A stretch of DNA of 64,000 nt. Source: a virus. The stretch lies in the IMG/VR virus record IMGVR_UViG_3300017963_000246. The stretch is one strand, 5' to 3'. The position numbers were made by a program, and so were the translations under genes. The first letter of the stretch is position 1. Each line of letters opens with the position of its first letter. Positions 51,706-58,720 of this stretch are shown here, piece by piece. Below the pieces are notes generated by a model, which had not been told where the DNA came from, did not search any database, and worked only from the letters and a program-made list of their open reading frames with translations.

Positions 51706-52002
51706 TCACTTGATCCAGAGAACGAGCTGACCCATGCGTGGCTTGTCCAGCCTTTCCAGATTGAACTCGGCCTTGTGGCCACAAGTTGAACTGTCGTATT
51801 TCCAAATCCTTGGGTCCCGGTCTTCGCTGTAGCCAGAAAATTCGAAGGCTTCATCATGCTTGTAATCGAAGTAGACCGCCTCTCCATCGTCGTTCAGTGC
51901 CTGAACAGTCCCGAGCATCATCTCCCAAACGGCTGGGCGGTGGCTCCTGGTTGGCTTCATCTTGCGGGCTTTGCGGTTGAGGTAGTGGGTTGTCTCTGCC
52001 AT
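51706..52002 (-). CDS. hypothetical protein
   Basis: 98-aa ORF with GAGAGGAGAA SD directly after the tRNA-like element. Confidence 0.6.
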   Translation of the reverse strand: MAETTHYLNRKARKMKPTRSHRPAVWEMMLGTVQALNDDGEAVYFDYKHDEAFEFSGYSEDRDPRIWKYDSSTCGHKAEFNLERLDKPRMGQLVLWIK

Positions 52003-52034
52003 CGTGTTCTCCTCTCTGTAGTCTCGTTCCCCCC

Positions 52035-52102
52035 TGGCTGCGCCGGAGGGAGTCGAACCCTCTGCCGCCCCAGACCTAGTCTACTAGGATATGAGCGGCG
52101 CA
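52035..52102 (-). ncRNA. orphan tRNA-like element (acceptor stem + T-arm + encoded CCA; no canonical D or anticodon arm)
   Basis: Minus strand UGCGCCG ... GAGGG-UUCGACU-CCCUC CGGCGCA G CCA, with a mini-hairpin CCUAG-uaga-CUAGG in between. Pairing extends to a 15-bp inverted repeat (52031-52045 / 52096-52110). Confidence 0.5.
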
Positions 52103-52131
52103 GCCAGGGGAGCCCGAGGGCTCCGGTTGAG

Positions 52132-52527
52132 CTAGTTCTCATCCATCCAAGTCTCGACGGCGTCCGCCAGTTCCATCGCCTCGTCGAGGGAGAGGTACGG
52201 GAACTTGTGTTCTTTGAGTCCGGCCCCGTCATAGTCGAGCTCCCAGATTTCCCCGCTCTCGATGGCGTCTTCCATAATCGCGGCCACCGCTGGAGATAGT
52301 CCGGCTCCGGCTCCCTCGGCCTTGACCTTGTTGATGAGGTCGTCGACGTTCCTGCCTCGGCTCACGTACCCGTGGTCGGCGCTGGCCAGGATTTTCAGGT
52401 GGGCCACGATGTAGGCGTCGGCGTTCTGGTCGTCACTCTCGCGGACGTAGGTGTCGAGTAGGGCGATGGCTTCGAGCATGTGTTCTTTGGCTTCTTCCAG
52501 TGTGGTGAGCAGTTCGTCGCGGTCCAT
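52132..52527 (-). CDS. highly acidic hypothetical protein (first gene after P7)
   Basis: 131 aa, very Asp/Glu-rich. Confidence 0.65.
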   Translation of the reverse strand: MDRDELLTTLEEAKEHMLEAIALLDTYVRESDDQNADAYIVAHLKILASADHGYVSRGRNVDDLINKVKAEGAGAGLSPAVAAIMEDAIESGEIWELDYDGAGLKEHKFPYLSLDEAMELADAVETWMDEN

Positions 52528-52571
52528 TTCAGTCTCCCTTCGGTGGTGGGCGTTTTGTTTATCTTGTAACC

Positions 52572-52600
52572 ATTATACCATGTTTCCCCTCATTTGTCAA
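52572..52600 (-). promoter_or_regulatory. sigma70-type promoter P7
   Basis: Minus strand TTGACA-17-TATAAT with TGG extended -10. Confidence 0.8.
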
Positions 52601-52630
52601 TACCCAATTTAGGCAGTTTTGAAAACTCGT

Positions 52631-52873
52631 TCAGCGGAGGAGACCGAGCAGGCGCAAAGTCTCGTCTTCACTCACGGCCAGGAACGTCTCGATCTCCTCG
52701 CTGTACACTTTCGCTTCTGCGACGGGGTAGCCGCGAACGTCGGGGAAAACCGCGCGGTATCTCCAGCCGCCCCCGCACACCTTGGACGAATCAACCAGGT
52801 ACGCGGTGTTGAGTTCGTGGCGGTCTCCGGTCCTGACAATGACGTGCGAACCGAACGGATATGGCTCTTTCAC
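52631..52873 (-). CDS. hypothetical protein
   Basis: GTG 52873 overlapping the vWA stop (GTGA) behind GGAGGAGGG; 80 aa. Confidence 0.55.
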   Translation of the reverse strand: MKEPYPFGSHVIVRTGDRHELNTAYLVDSSKVCGGGWRYRAVFPDVRGYPVAEAKVYSEEIETFLAVSEDETLRLLGLLR

Positions 52874-53490
52874 TTTCCCTCCTCCAGTCGAAGCACCAAC
52901 TTGCAGTGCTCCAGGAACTTGCTCGCGTCGAACTTGCTGCCCATGTCTCTGAATGCTCCGCCCGTCGCGGAGGCTATGCGCATCAACGTCAGCTTTCCGG
53001 GACCGTCCTTCGGCCCGACGAACACCGTGTCCACCGGGCACCTGAGCAACTGCGCCGAGGGGACTGGGTCCCCGTCAGTGCTCTCGCCGTCTGAGATGAG
53101 CAGCGCGCGCATGCGCGGGTGCCTCAATTGCAGCGCGGCCCCGAACGCCTTGCACATCGCCGTGCCGCCGTTCAGGTGGGGGAGGGCTCCGGGGTTCCCG
53201 CTGGCCGACCCCTTGACCGGCTGCGTGTTGTCCGAGAACACGAACGCGGCTAGCCTGCCCTTCGCCATCGGGGCCAGCCTCATCCACGCCTGCCGCAGCG
53301 CGTCGAACCTGGAGCAGGGGATGCCGTTCATCCCGGTCGCGTCCATCGCGCCCATCGAGCCGGACGAGTCGAGCAGGACGACGCGGTCTATCTTGGCCGC
53401 TTGTGCCAATGTCTTGTTGCGGTTCTTGAGGAGCTTGGAAGCCGTGGCCTTCGCCAGGGCTCCCCCTACGACAGTCAATTGCTTGCCCAT
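52870..53490 (-). CDS. von Willebrand factor A (vWA) domain protein
   Basis: MIDAS VVLLDSSGSM, ...GGTAM..., LLISDGESTD. Confidence 0.8.
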   Translation of the reverse strand: MGKQLTVVGGALAKATASKLLKNRNKTLAQAAKIDRVVLLDSSGSMGAMDATGMNGIPCSRFDALRQAWMRLAPMAKGRLAAFVFSDNTQPVKGSASGNPGALPHLNGGTAMCKAFGAALQLRHPRMRALLISDGESTDGDPVPSAQLLRCPVDTVFVGPKDGPGKLTLMRIASATGGAFRDMGSKFDASKFLEHCKLVLRLEEGK

Positions 53491-53505
53491 GGTTGACCTC
53501 CCAGC

Positions 53506-53838
53506 CTATGAATGGGCTTCCCTTGTCTCTTTGTACAGAGCCTCCAGCGTGACCCCGTCCTTCAGGTATGGGGCCAAGAACGCTTCGACCGATTCCATGT
53601 CTGGGACCAGCTTGACCCAGAAGAACGAGTCTTTGGGCCAAGCCCGGTACTTGTTGCCCACCTGGACCGTCGAGAACTTGACCGACTTGCGCAGGTGCGT
53701 CTCGAACTTGGCCGCGGTGTTCCCGTGGGTGTAGAAATAACCGAGTCGGGCGGTGAAGGTTCCATCCTTGCTAGCGGTGACCTTGTCGGCCCCCGCGAGC
53801 AGTAGTGCGGTTTTGACTTGCTTCGTAGCCTTTGCCAT
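53506..53838 (-). CDS. hypothetical protein (first gene after P8)
   Basis: 110-aa ORF. Confidence 0.65.
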   Translation of the reverse strand: MAKATKQVKTALLLAGADKVTASKDGTFTARLGYFYTHGNTAAKFETHLRKSVKFSTVQVGNKYRAWPKDSFFWVKLVPDMESVEAFLAPYLKDGVTLEALYKETREAHS

Positions 53839-53873
53839 TTCCGTCTCCTCTCGTGTTTGTTTATCTTATAACC

Positions 53874-53902
53874 ATTATACCATGTTTCGAGTCATTTGTC
53901 AA
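53874..53902 (-). promoter_or_regulatory. sigma70-type promoter P8
   Basis: Minus strand TTGACA-17-TATAAT with TGG extended -10. Confidence 0.8.
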
Positions 53903-53922
53903 TACCCAATTTATATGACTTT

Positions 53923-54390
53923 TCACCTCTTCTGCTGCTTGACGAACTCCCAAGCCGCGTACACCTGGGTGAACGCCTCGGCGCTGCCGCCGCGGTCCGG
54001 GTGGGTCTCCATCGCGCGCTTGCGGAACGCGGACCTGATGACGTCCATCCCGGCGTCTGGGTCGCATCCGAGCACCGCTGCCCACCAATCCGGGTCGGCC
54101 GTGCCAGCGGGAGCCTCGTGCGCCTCTTCGTAGTCGATGCGGGGTGGCTCGCCCTCTTCGACCAGAACGTACCCGGCGCACCACTCAGCGACGGTCTCGC
54201 GCAGCCCCCGGAGCGCTTCCTTGAACGACGGGAACGATCCGGCGGTACGGATGCGCCATAGACTGCCGGCGATGCCCTTGGACCAGGACTCGACGCGCCA
54301 GCCCGCTGCCGTGAAGAACGCGTGAACCTGGCGCAGCTTGACGTGTCCCTCCCCGGTGACGAGGCATCCGAACCAGTAAAAGGCGTTCAC
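53923..54390 (-). CDS. J-domain (DnaJ-like) protein
   Basis: C-terminal DVIRSAFRKRAMETHPDRGGS with the HPD tripeptide; unrelated ~90-aa N-terminal domain. Confidence 0.8.
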   Translation of the reverse strand: MNAFYWFGCLVTGEGHVKLRQVHAFFTAAGWRVESWSKGIAGSLWRIRTAGSFPSFKEALRGLRETVAEWCAGYVLVEEGEPPRIDYEEAHEAPAGTADPDWWAAVLGCDPDAGMDVIRSAFRKRAMETHPDRGGSAEAFTQVYAAWEFVKQQKR

Positions 54391-54605
54391 GACTTATTCT
54401 CCCACTCGACCTCGACCGCTGCATCCCACACCCAGTGCAGGTCGTCGTCGAGCCACTCCCAGTGCTCTTCTGCGTCGGCGGCGACCTCGGCCAGCCGGGT
54501 GCTGTTGACCTCGCCGGTGCGGGCGTCGACGATGTAATTGATTCCTTTGTCCTCAACGAGTAACTCGCGCATGGTAGCCTTCACGCTCTCTTTGGTGTGT
54601 GCCAT
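54387..54605 (-). CDS. hypothetical acidic protein
   Basis: ATG 54605 behind AGAGGAGA, preceded by the conserved hairpin element. Confidence 0.6.
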   Translation of the reverse strand: MAHTKESVKATMRELLVEDKGINYIVDARTGEVNSTRLAEVAADAEEHWEWLDDDLHWVWDAAVEVEWENKS

Positions 54606-54611
54606 TTTAGT

Positions 54612-54645
54612 CTCCTCTGCCGGGATTTCGGCTCCCGGCGGGCCG
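54612..54645 (-). promoter_or_regulatory. conserved intercistronic hairpin-SD element, copy 2
   Basis: Minus strand CCGGCCCGCCGGGAGCCgaaaUCCCGGCAGAGGAGA. Confidence 0.6.
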
Positions 54646-54652
54646 GTGGGGG

Positions 54653-54859
54653 TTAGGCGAACTCTGCTACCATTCGGCATATCTCGTGGTGCGCGGTTTC
54701 CTGCTGGGTTACGTGGCGGTAATCCCTAGTCTTTGCTATGACCGTGCGGTCGCGGTCCCAAGCCTCGGCCCAAGACCATCCCCGGTATGTGTATACCATC
54801 GAAAAAAACTTGCCGTCTTGGTGTTCGGTCCTGTAGGTGTACTGCTCTGGCTGTACCAT
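54653..54859 (-). CDS. hypothetical protein
   Basis: 68-aa ORF preceded by the conserved hairpin element. Confidence 0.6.
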   Translation of the reverse strand: MVQPEQYTYRTEHQDGKFFSMVYTYRGWSWAEAWDRDRTVIAKTRDYRHVTQQETAHHEICRMVAEFA

Positions 54860-54866
54860 TTCCTAT

Positions 54867-54900
54867 CTCCTCTGCCGGGATTTCGGCTCCCGGCGGGCCG
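54867..54900 (-). promoter_or_regulatory. conserved intercistronic hairpin-SD element, copy 3
   Basis: Minus strand CCGGCCCGCCGGGAGCCgaaaUCCCGGCAGAGGAGA, identical core to copy 2. Confidence 0.6.
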
Positions 54901-54907
54901 GTGTGGG

Positions 54908-55279
54908 CTAGTAGGTGGCTTTTTCTGCGACTCGCTCAATTGTTTCCTGCGAGATTGTCAGGGTGTCCCGTCCTTCGGTCATCAGGTAGAAACTTTCGCG
55001 AGAGAGGGCGTCAAAGTGCTCATCGTGGAAGGTCCAGTCTTTCGATTGCTCCTCTGTCCAGGTCGCCCGGATTTCCTCTTGCGTCTCGTGGATCTCTGCG
55101 AATCTTTCGGCGGCTTTGCCCATCCTGTGGTAGACTCTGGAGATTGCTTGGTAGTACTCTTTGCCCTCGTCTGCCAATCGGGCCGCTCTCCGCATTTCGT
55201 CCAGGTAGCAATCGGTCAGCTTGTACATTCCTTCGTCTATCGCCTCTGTTGCTAGTTGCTGCATCCTCTGCGCGTCCAT
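54908..55279 (-). CDS. hypothetical protein (first gene after P9)
   Basis: 123-aa helical ORF. Confidence 0.65.
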   Translation of the reverse strand: MDAQRMQQLATEAIDEGMYKLTDCYLDEMRRAARLADEGKEYYQAISRVYHRMGKAAERFAEIHETQEEIRATWTEEQSKDWTFHDEHFDALSRESFYLMTEGRDTLTISQETIERVAEKATY

Positions 55280-55324
55280 TTCCTATCTCCTTTGTCTGTG
55301 TCTGTGTTCCTCTTATCTAACTAC

Positions 55325-55353
55325 ATTATACCATGAATCCTTTCATTTGTCAA
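55325..55353 (-). promoter_or_regulatory. sigma70-type promoter P9
   Basis: Minus strand TTGACA-17-TATAAT with TGG extended -10. Confidence 0.8.
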
Positions 55354-55382
55354 TACCCAATTTATATGAAAAGGGAAACTGG

Positions 55383-55514
55383 TCAGGCCCTCCGCACCGT
55401 ATACACGATTTGGTAACAGCCGGGGGCGACCTGCTCCGCCCCCGTGATGGTGACCCTGAGTCCCTGAGTCTGCGCCCAGGCTACGAAGAACAATCCGACT
55501 AGGATGACGTTCAT
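55383..55514 (-). CDS. 43-aa hydrophobic peptide
   Basis: ATG 55514 in ATGA overlap with the upstream stop; MNVILVGLFFVAWAQTQG... Confidence 0.4.
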   Translation of the reverse strand: MNVILVGLFFVAWAQTQGLRVTITGAEQVAPGCYQIVYTVRRA

Positions 55515-56839
55515 GCTGCCTCCAGTAATAGCGCCAGGTCCGGCACCGCCGCGTCGGACACGGGCTCCCGCTCTACCGCCAGCTTGAGCTCGTCCGCCCA
55601 CCGCTCGATGCCGCCCTCGCTGTCTTTCCTGTGGATGACGAACCGTGGTCCTTCCGAAGTGCCCGTGAGGGTCTGTCCGACCTCCCCGTATCGAACGTCC
55701 ATGAGGTTGGCCTCGGGGAGGACCCTGCCGAGCACTGAAATCCATTCCTCCTCTTCCAAGTCGCGCTGGGGTGCCGACGGGAGGACGTACGTCGCCGTTC
55801 CTTGCCCGCAGCGCTCCCACACGACCCAATCGCCGCACTCCACGAGGAAGCCGTCGGCTGTCAGCCACGTGGATCCTGTGGCAAGTTCCTTGACGACCTC
55901 CAGGTACCGCTGGTCGTATCCACTCTCCAGAATCTCGCGGGCCTTGCCGTTCTCCACCTGGACGCCCTGCTTGAGGAAAAGCTCCACGACGGCGGTCACG
56001 TCCAGGACCACGCCCCGGCTCGTCAGGTCGGCAATCTCGTCGCGGACCTCTTTCGTCGCCTTCTTGACCCGCTCCGTCCAGAGCAGCCGGCGGAACGTCT
56101 CCGCGTCCCCGTCGGCCATCGTGACCTCGTAATCCAGCCATTCCCACTCGACCGAGTTCGGGCCTTGGGAGACTGCTACCCTATGGCCCTCTACCTTGAC
56201 GCGCTGCTTGGACCGCTTGTACTGCGGGAGCATCGCGGGGTCGTACTCGAACGGGAGCTGGTCGACGGGAATCCACAGCATGTCGCCGGGCAGCGGGAAC
56301 CGCACCCGCTTGGGCCACCAGTCAAGCTCGCAGAGGTTGGAGACCGCCTTGACCTCCATTGTCGTCGGCTCCCAGCGGAGGATTTCCGTCACCACGACGT
56401 CGCCGTTCCGCTTGACCATCGCCTCCATCGTGCCGCGCCCCATGCGTGGGAACTCGACTGGGAGGTCGGTGGACGATTCTGCAAAGTGCTTCCCGATGGC
56501 CGCGCATGTGATGGTGAACCACTCGTCGCCGACCTTGGTGGAGCAGGCCCAGCCGTGGTGGGTCTGGCGGGGATGGCCAACGTGGTCGACCCGAAAGGTG
56601 AGCCGCTCCGCTTCGATGGTGGGGACGTTGACGACCTCGACGTCTTTGGGGTTGAGCCAGCCGCTCTTGCTGACGGTCCCGGTGACGCGGACCTCCGCGC
56701 CTTTGATGATGGTGCCGAGGAAGCGCGATGGGGCCATCCCTTTGAGCTCCTGGCCTGCGACGTTGAGCATGAAAAAAAACCGAGTCTTGCCGCGTTTTGG
56801 GCTGTACGCTTTGGTGACTGTTCCGTAAAACGTGTCCAT
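55511..56839 (-). CDS. large early hypothetical protein
   Basis: ATG 56839 behind AAGGAGA; 442 aa; no motif recognised. Confidence 0.75.
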   Translation of the reverse strand: MDTFYGTVTKAYSPKRGKTRFFFMLNVAGQELKGMAPSRFLGTIIKGAEVRVTGTVSKSGWLNPKDVEVVNVPTIEAERLTFRVDHVGHPRQTHHGWACSTKVGDEWFTITCAAIGKHFAESSTDLPVEFPRMGRGTMEAMVKRNGDVVVTEILRWEPTTMEVKAVSNLCELDWWPKRVRFPLPGDMLWIPVDQLPFEYDPAMLPQYKRSKQRVKVEGHRVAVSQGPNSVEWEWLDYEVTMADGDAETFRRLLWTERVKKATKEVRDEIADLTSRGVVLDVTAVVELFLKQGVQVENGKAREILESGYDQRYLEVVKELATGSTWLTADGFLVECGDWVVWERCGQGTATYVLPSAPQRDLEEEEWISVLGRVLPEANLMDVRYGEVGQTLTGTSEGPRFVIHRKDSEGGIERWADELKLAVEREPVSDAAVPDLALLLEAA

Positions 56840-56888
56840 CTGAGTCTCCTTGCCCGGATACAAGGCCTCCGGGCCAGGGCTCTATCGT

Positions 56889-57404
56889 CTACTCTTCCGC
56901 GAACAGCGACTTGAGCTCCACGGGGTCCAGGTGCTGGTCCTTGAGCAATGCGTCCCCGGCCAGCCGGCCGATGTGGTTGAGTTTCCTCTCTGCGGTGATG
57001 AGCTGCTGCCGCGTTTCCCCAAGCTCTTCGAGCAGGTTCGCAATCTGCTCGGACATCTCGATGGTCGAACGCTTGGCGATTTCGTACGCCTGGAGGGCCT
57101 CGGTCAGGCGTTCCTCCGTCCGCACGCTGTCTCGACACACGGCCTCGTACTCTTCCCGCAAGCGGTCATAGTCGGAAGCCTTGGTGGTCTGGGCGTGAAC
57201 CATCGTGCCCCAGATGTCGGTGCTGACGTCGAGCTCTATCTGCTTGCAGACCCAGGTGCACATCTCGGAATGGAACAGGCTGTGAAGGTAGGTGTTGTGG
57301 TTGTGCTCGAACGCGGACCTGAGCGCGTGCAGGAGGTCCATCTCCTCCTGCTTGGTGGGGCTTTGGTTTTCCCTGATGCATTTGAGGAAGCTGTTGACGT
57401 TCAT
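56889..57404 (-). CDS. hypothetical coiled-coil protein
   Basis: 171-aa ORF. Confidence 0.7.
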   Translation of the reverse strand: MNVNSFLKCIRENQSPTKQEEMDLLHALRSAFEHNHNTYLHSLFHSEMCTWVCKQIELDVSTDIWGTMVHAQTTKASDYDRLREEYEAVCRDSVRTEERLTEALQAYEIAKRSTIEMSEQIANLLEELGETRQQLITAERKLNHIGRLAGDALLKDQHLDPVELKSLFAEE

Positions 57405-57417
57405 CTGGTCTCCTTTT

Positions 57418-57525
57418 CTAGTGCGCCAGCAGGTGCTCGATGATGAAGATCGCGATTTCGATTATCTCGTCGGGGCTGAAGTGCTCCAGGGCTATCGTCG
57501 CTTTGGTGAAGATTTCGAGTGCCAT
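57418..57525 (-). CDS. possible 35-aa leader peptide/first gene after P10
   Basis: ATG 57525 with a weak SD; ORF-track extension runs through the promoter and is discounted. Confidence 0.3.
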   Translation of the reverse strand: MALEIFTKATIALEHFSPDEIIEIAIFIIEHLLAH

Positions 57526-57556
57526 TTGAGTCTCATTTTTTGTGTCTGTCAATACC

Positions 57557-57585
57557 ATTATACCATGAATCGGCCTATTTGTCAA
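57557..57585 (-). promoter_or_regulatory. sigma70-type promoter P10 (leftward, start of early block)
   Basis: Minus strand TTGACA-17-TATAAT with TGG extended -10. Confidence 0.8.
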
Positions 57586-57631
57586 TACCCAATTTGGCCG
57601 ATTTGGGAAACTCGTTTTGTCAAGAGGGTCC

Positions 57632-57660
57632 TTGACAGCGGCCGTCTTTGATGGTATACT
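57632..57660 (+). promoter_or_regulatory. sigma70-type promoter P11 (rightward)
   Basis: Plus strand TTGACA-17-TATACT with TGG extended -10; divergent from P10, with the two -35 boxes 46 bp apart. Confidence 0.75.
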
Positions 57661-57746
57661 GGTAGTGACGAGAGCCATCTCGTCGTCTCCTTTCTCGGGG
57701 GTCGGGGCAGGGCACCCCGGCCCCCGTCGTCATGCGAGGTGATTTT

Positions 57747-58337
57747 ATGTCTGAAACGAGCGACGCACTGCGCCTGGAGTACGTTCCGCTCGACACGTGC
57801 GTCCTTTGGGAACGCAACCCCAAGCTGCACGACATCGGCGGCATCGTCCAGAGCATCCAGCGGTACGGCTTCAAGGACCCGCTGAAGTACGAGCCGACCC
57901 TGAACGCAGGAAACGGAGGCTTGGTGGAGGGGAACGGCCGCGCGGCCGCCCTCGCGATGATGCGCGACCAGGGGGACGAACCCCCGCGCGGGGTCACCAT
58001 CGCGAAGGAGGGAGGGTGGGCGGTCCCCGTGCTGTTCGGCGTGGACGCAGAGAGCGAGGCGGCCGCAGAGGCGTACGCCGTCGACCACAATAACCTCACG
58101 CTGCTCGGCGGAGACTTAACGGGCTTCGACGCGGTTAGGATGTGGGACGCGGGCTATCCGCAGCTCCTCGAAAGTCTGGCGCTGCAGGACGTCTTGCCGG
58201 TGTCCGTAGACGGCGACGTCCTCGACGCGCTGCTCGTGGAGAAGGAAAAGCCAGTGTCAGTCAAAGAGGAGCACGGCGACGAGTCTTCCGCCGTGGTGTG
58301 TCCGAACTGCGGTTACTCTTGGGGGGAATCTGCTTGA
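57747..58337 (+). CDS. ParB-like nuclease-domain protein with C-terminal zinc ribbon
   Basis: YVPLDTCVLWERNPKLHD ... VEGNGRAAAL (ParB/Srx-type box); VVCPNCGY. Start at ATG 57747 behind GAGGTG (ATG 57732 also possible). Confidence 0.7.
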   Translation: MSETSDALRLEYVPLDTCVLWERNPKLHDIGGIVQSIQRYGFKDPLKYEPTLNAGNGGLVEGNGRAAALAMMRDQGDEPPRGVTIAKEGGWAVPVLFGVDAESEAAAEAYAVDHNNLTLLGGDLTGFDAVRMWDAGYPQLLESLALQDVLPVSVDGDVLDALLVEKEKPVSVKEEHGDESSAVVCPNCGYSWGESA

Positions 58338-58452
58338 CGACTCAAGCGGAACAGCGACTCGGCGAATCGAGCTGCGCGGGTTTTGTGTTTTTTGTCGTTT
58401 CACCATCTGCTCATTCCGGACGGGCCGGGAGCCTGCCCGACGAAGAGCATCC

Positions 58453-58647
58453 TCACTGGCGGCAGGTGATGGAGATGAGCCGCAGGGCGGACGGAATGAA
58501 CAGCTTTTTCCCGCTCACCTCGCGGTACCGGATCAAGGCCAGCCGGTACTCGTCCGCGGCCTTCTTCAGGACGGCGAAGCTGATGACGCCCTGCTGGTGC
58601 AGGAGCTTCGCCTCAAGCAGTTTGTTCCGTTCGAATTTGCACTTCAT
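58453..58647 (-). CDS. small basic protein, antisense-oriented between the ParB paralogues
   Basis: 64 aa, GAGAGGAGG SD, own consensus promoter P12. Confidence 0.6.
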   Translation of the reverse strand: MKCKFERNKLLEAKLLHQQGVISFAVLKKAADEYRLALIRYREVSGKKLFIPSALRLISITCRQ

Positions 58648-58673
58648 CGATGCCTCCTCTCGTAGTCAAGACC

Positions 58674-58702
58674 ATTGTACCACATTTCTACCACTTTGTC
58701 AA
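58674..58702 (-). promoter_or_regulatory. sigma70-type promoter P12
   Basis: Minus strand TTGACA-17-TACAAT with TGG extended -10. Confidence 0.7.
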
Positions 58703-58720
58703 TACCTAAAAGGAGGATGA

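Noticed and set aside
52031-52110. Interpreting the orphan tRNA-like element as an attP core
   Set aside because: No integrase or excisionase is recognisable anywhere in the window, and the element is a complete hairpin-framed structure rather than just a tRNA 3' fragment. This cannot be excluded without host sequence, so it is listed as an alternative in the finding.
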